A stretch of 28,543 bases of DNA from Myxococcales bacterium (lineage in GTDB: Bacteria > Myxococcota_A > UBA9042 > JABWCM01 > BTVJ01): the NCBI GenBank assembly GCA_045863395.1, contig BTVJ01000094.1, positions 1-28,543 on the forward strand. Reading direction: 5' to 3'. A program made the translations under genes and the position numbers. The notes below the pieces were generated by a model. That model made no database searches and had not been told where the DNA came from. It saw only the letters and a list, made by a program, of their open reading frames with translations. Below are positions 28,245-28,543 of the stretch, in pieces (position 1 is the stretch's first letter; each line of letters starts with the position of its first letter).

Positions 28245-28543
28245 ATGCGAAGGACAAGGTGGCGAGCGGGGCTGTCGGGCCTCGCGGCGCTCGCGCTGGT
28301 CGCGGCCCTGGGGGGGTGCGGCGACGACGCGACCAGCCCGGGCGCGCAAGTTGGCGACGCGGACGCGACGAGCGAGGACGTGGGGGACGCGGGCGGGGTC
28401 GGTGAGCCGGACGTGGAGCCCCCCTTGGACGTACCGGGGCAGCCTGACGGGTTCGAGAAGCCCGAGGTCGTAGAGGACGTGGGGGGGCCCGACGGGGGCG
28501 GCCTGTCGGAGCCCTGCGAGACCAACGGCGACTGCGAGAGCGG
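28245..28543 (+). CDS. Cys-rich lipoprotein, N-terminal part (runs off window; paralog of 22078-25743; not in ORF track)
   Basis: AGGAGG RBS overlapping the upstream TAG; MRRTRWRAGLSGLAALALVAALGG-C, acidic linker, then LSEPCETNGDCES (compare FGEPCTADTDCES). Confidence 0.85.
   Translation, partial: MRRTRWRAGLSGLAALALVAALGGCGDDATSPGAQVGDADATSEDVGDAGGVGEPDVEPPLDVPGQPDGFEKPEVVEDVGGPDGGGLSEPCETNGDCES

Overview
Very GC-rich bacterial chromosomal segment. Its gene content (many Cys-rich lipoproteins, a multiheme cytochrome, ffs-dnaX-ybaB-recR synteny) suggests Myxococcota/deltaproteobacteria; this is inference. Left arm (1-12.2 kb): a 5'-truncated OmcA/MtrC-family decaheme cytochrome with a collagen-like Gly-X-Y tract, a DUF362 protein, an NrfJ-like lipoprotein, two tandem Fn3+FGE-sulfatase-fold lipoproteins, a PHP-fold protein lacking most metal ligands and ending in an RGG tail, and a CAP-domain lipoprotein. 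Centre (12.3-21.9 kb): tRNA-Gly(CCC), rne preceded by a hairpin-rich upstream region, serS, and a boxA-containing stable-RNA cluster (four tRNA-Ser isoacceptors, tRNA-Arg(ACG), tadA, SRP RNA), then dnaX-ybaB-recR. The tadA stop codon lies inside tRNA-Ser(CGA). Right arm (22-28.5 kb): a probable operon of secreted proteins, comprising a 1221-aa lipoprotein with 16 CNGxDDDCDG repeats, an 814-aa fibre-like protein with CxGC motifs and four C-type-lectin-like domains, and the start of a paralogous lipoprotein. No integrase, transposase, reverse transcriptase or CRISPR array was seen. Best candidates for undescribed biology: the tRNA-flanked and overlapped tadA, and the putative stalk-plus-lectin-fibre surface apparatus.
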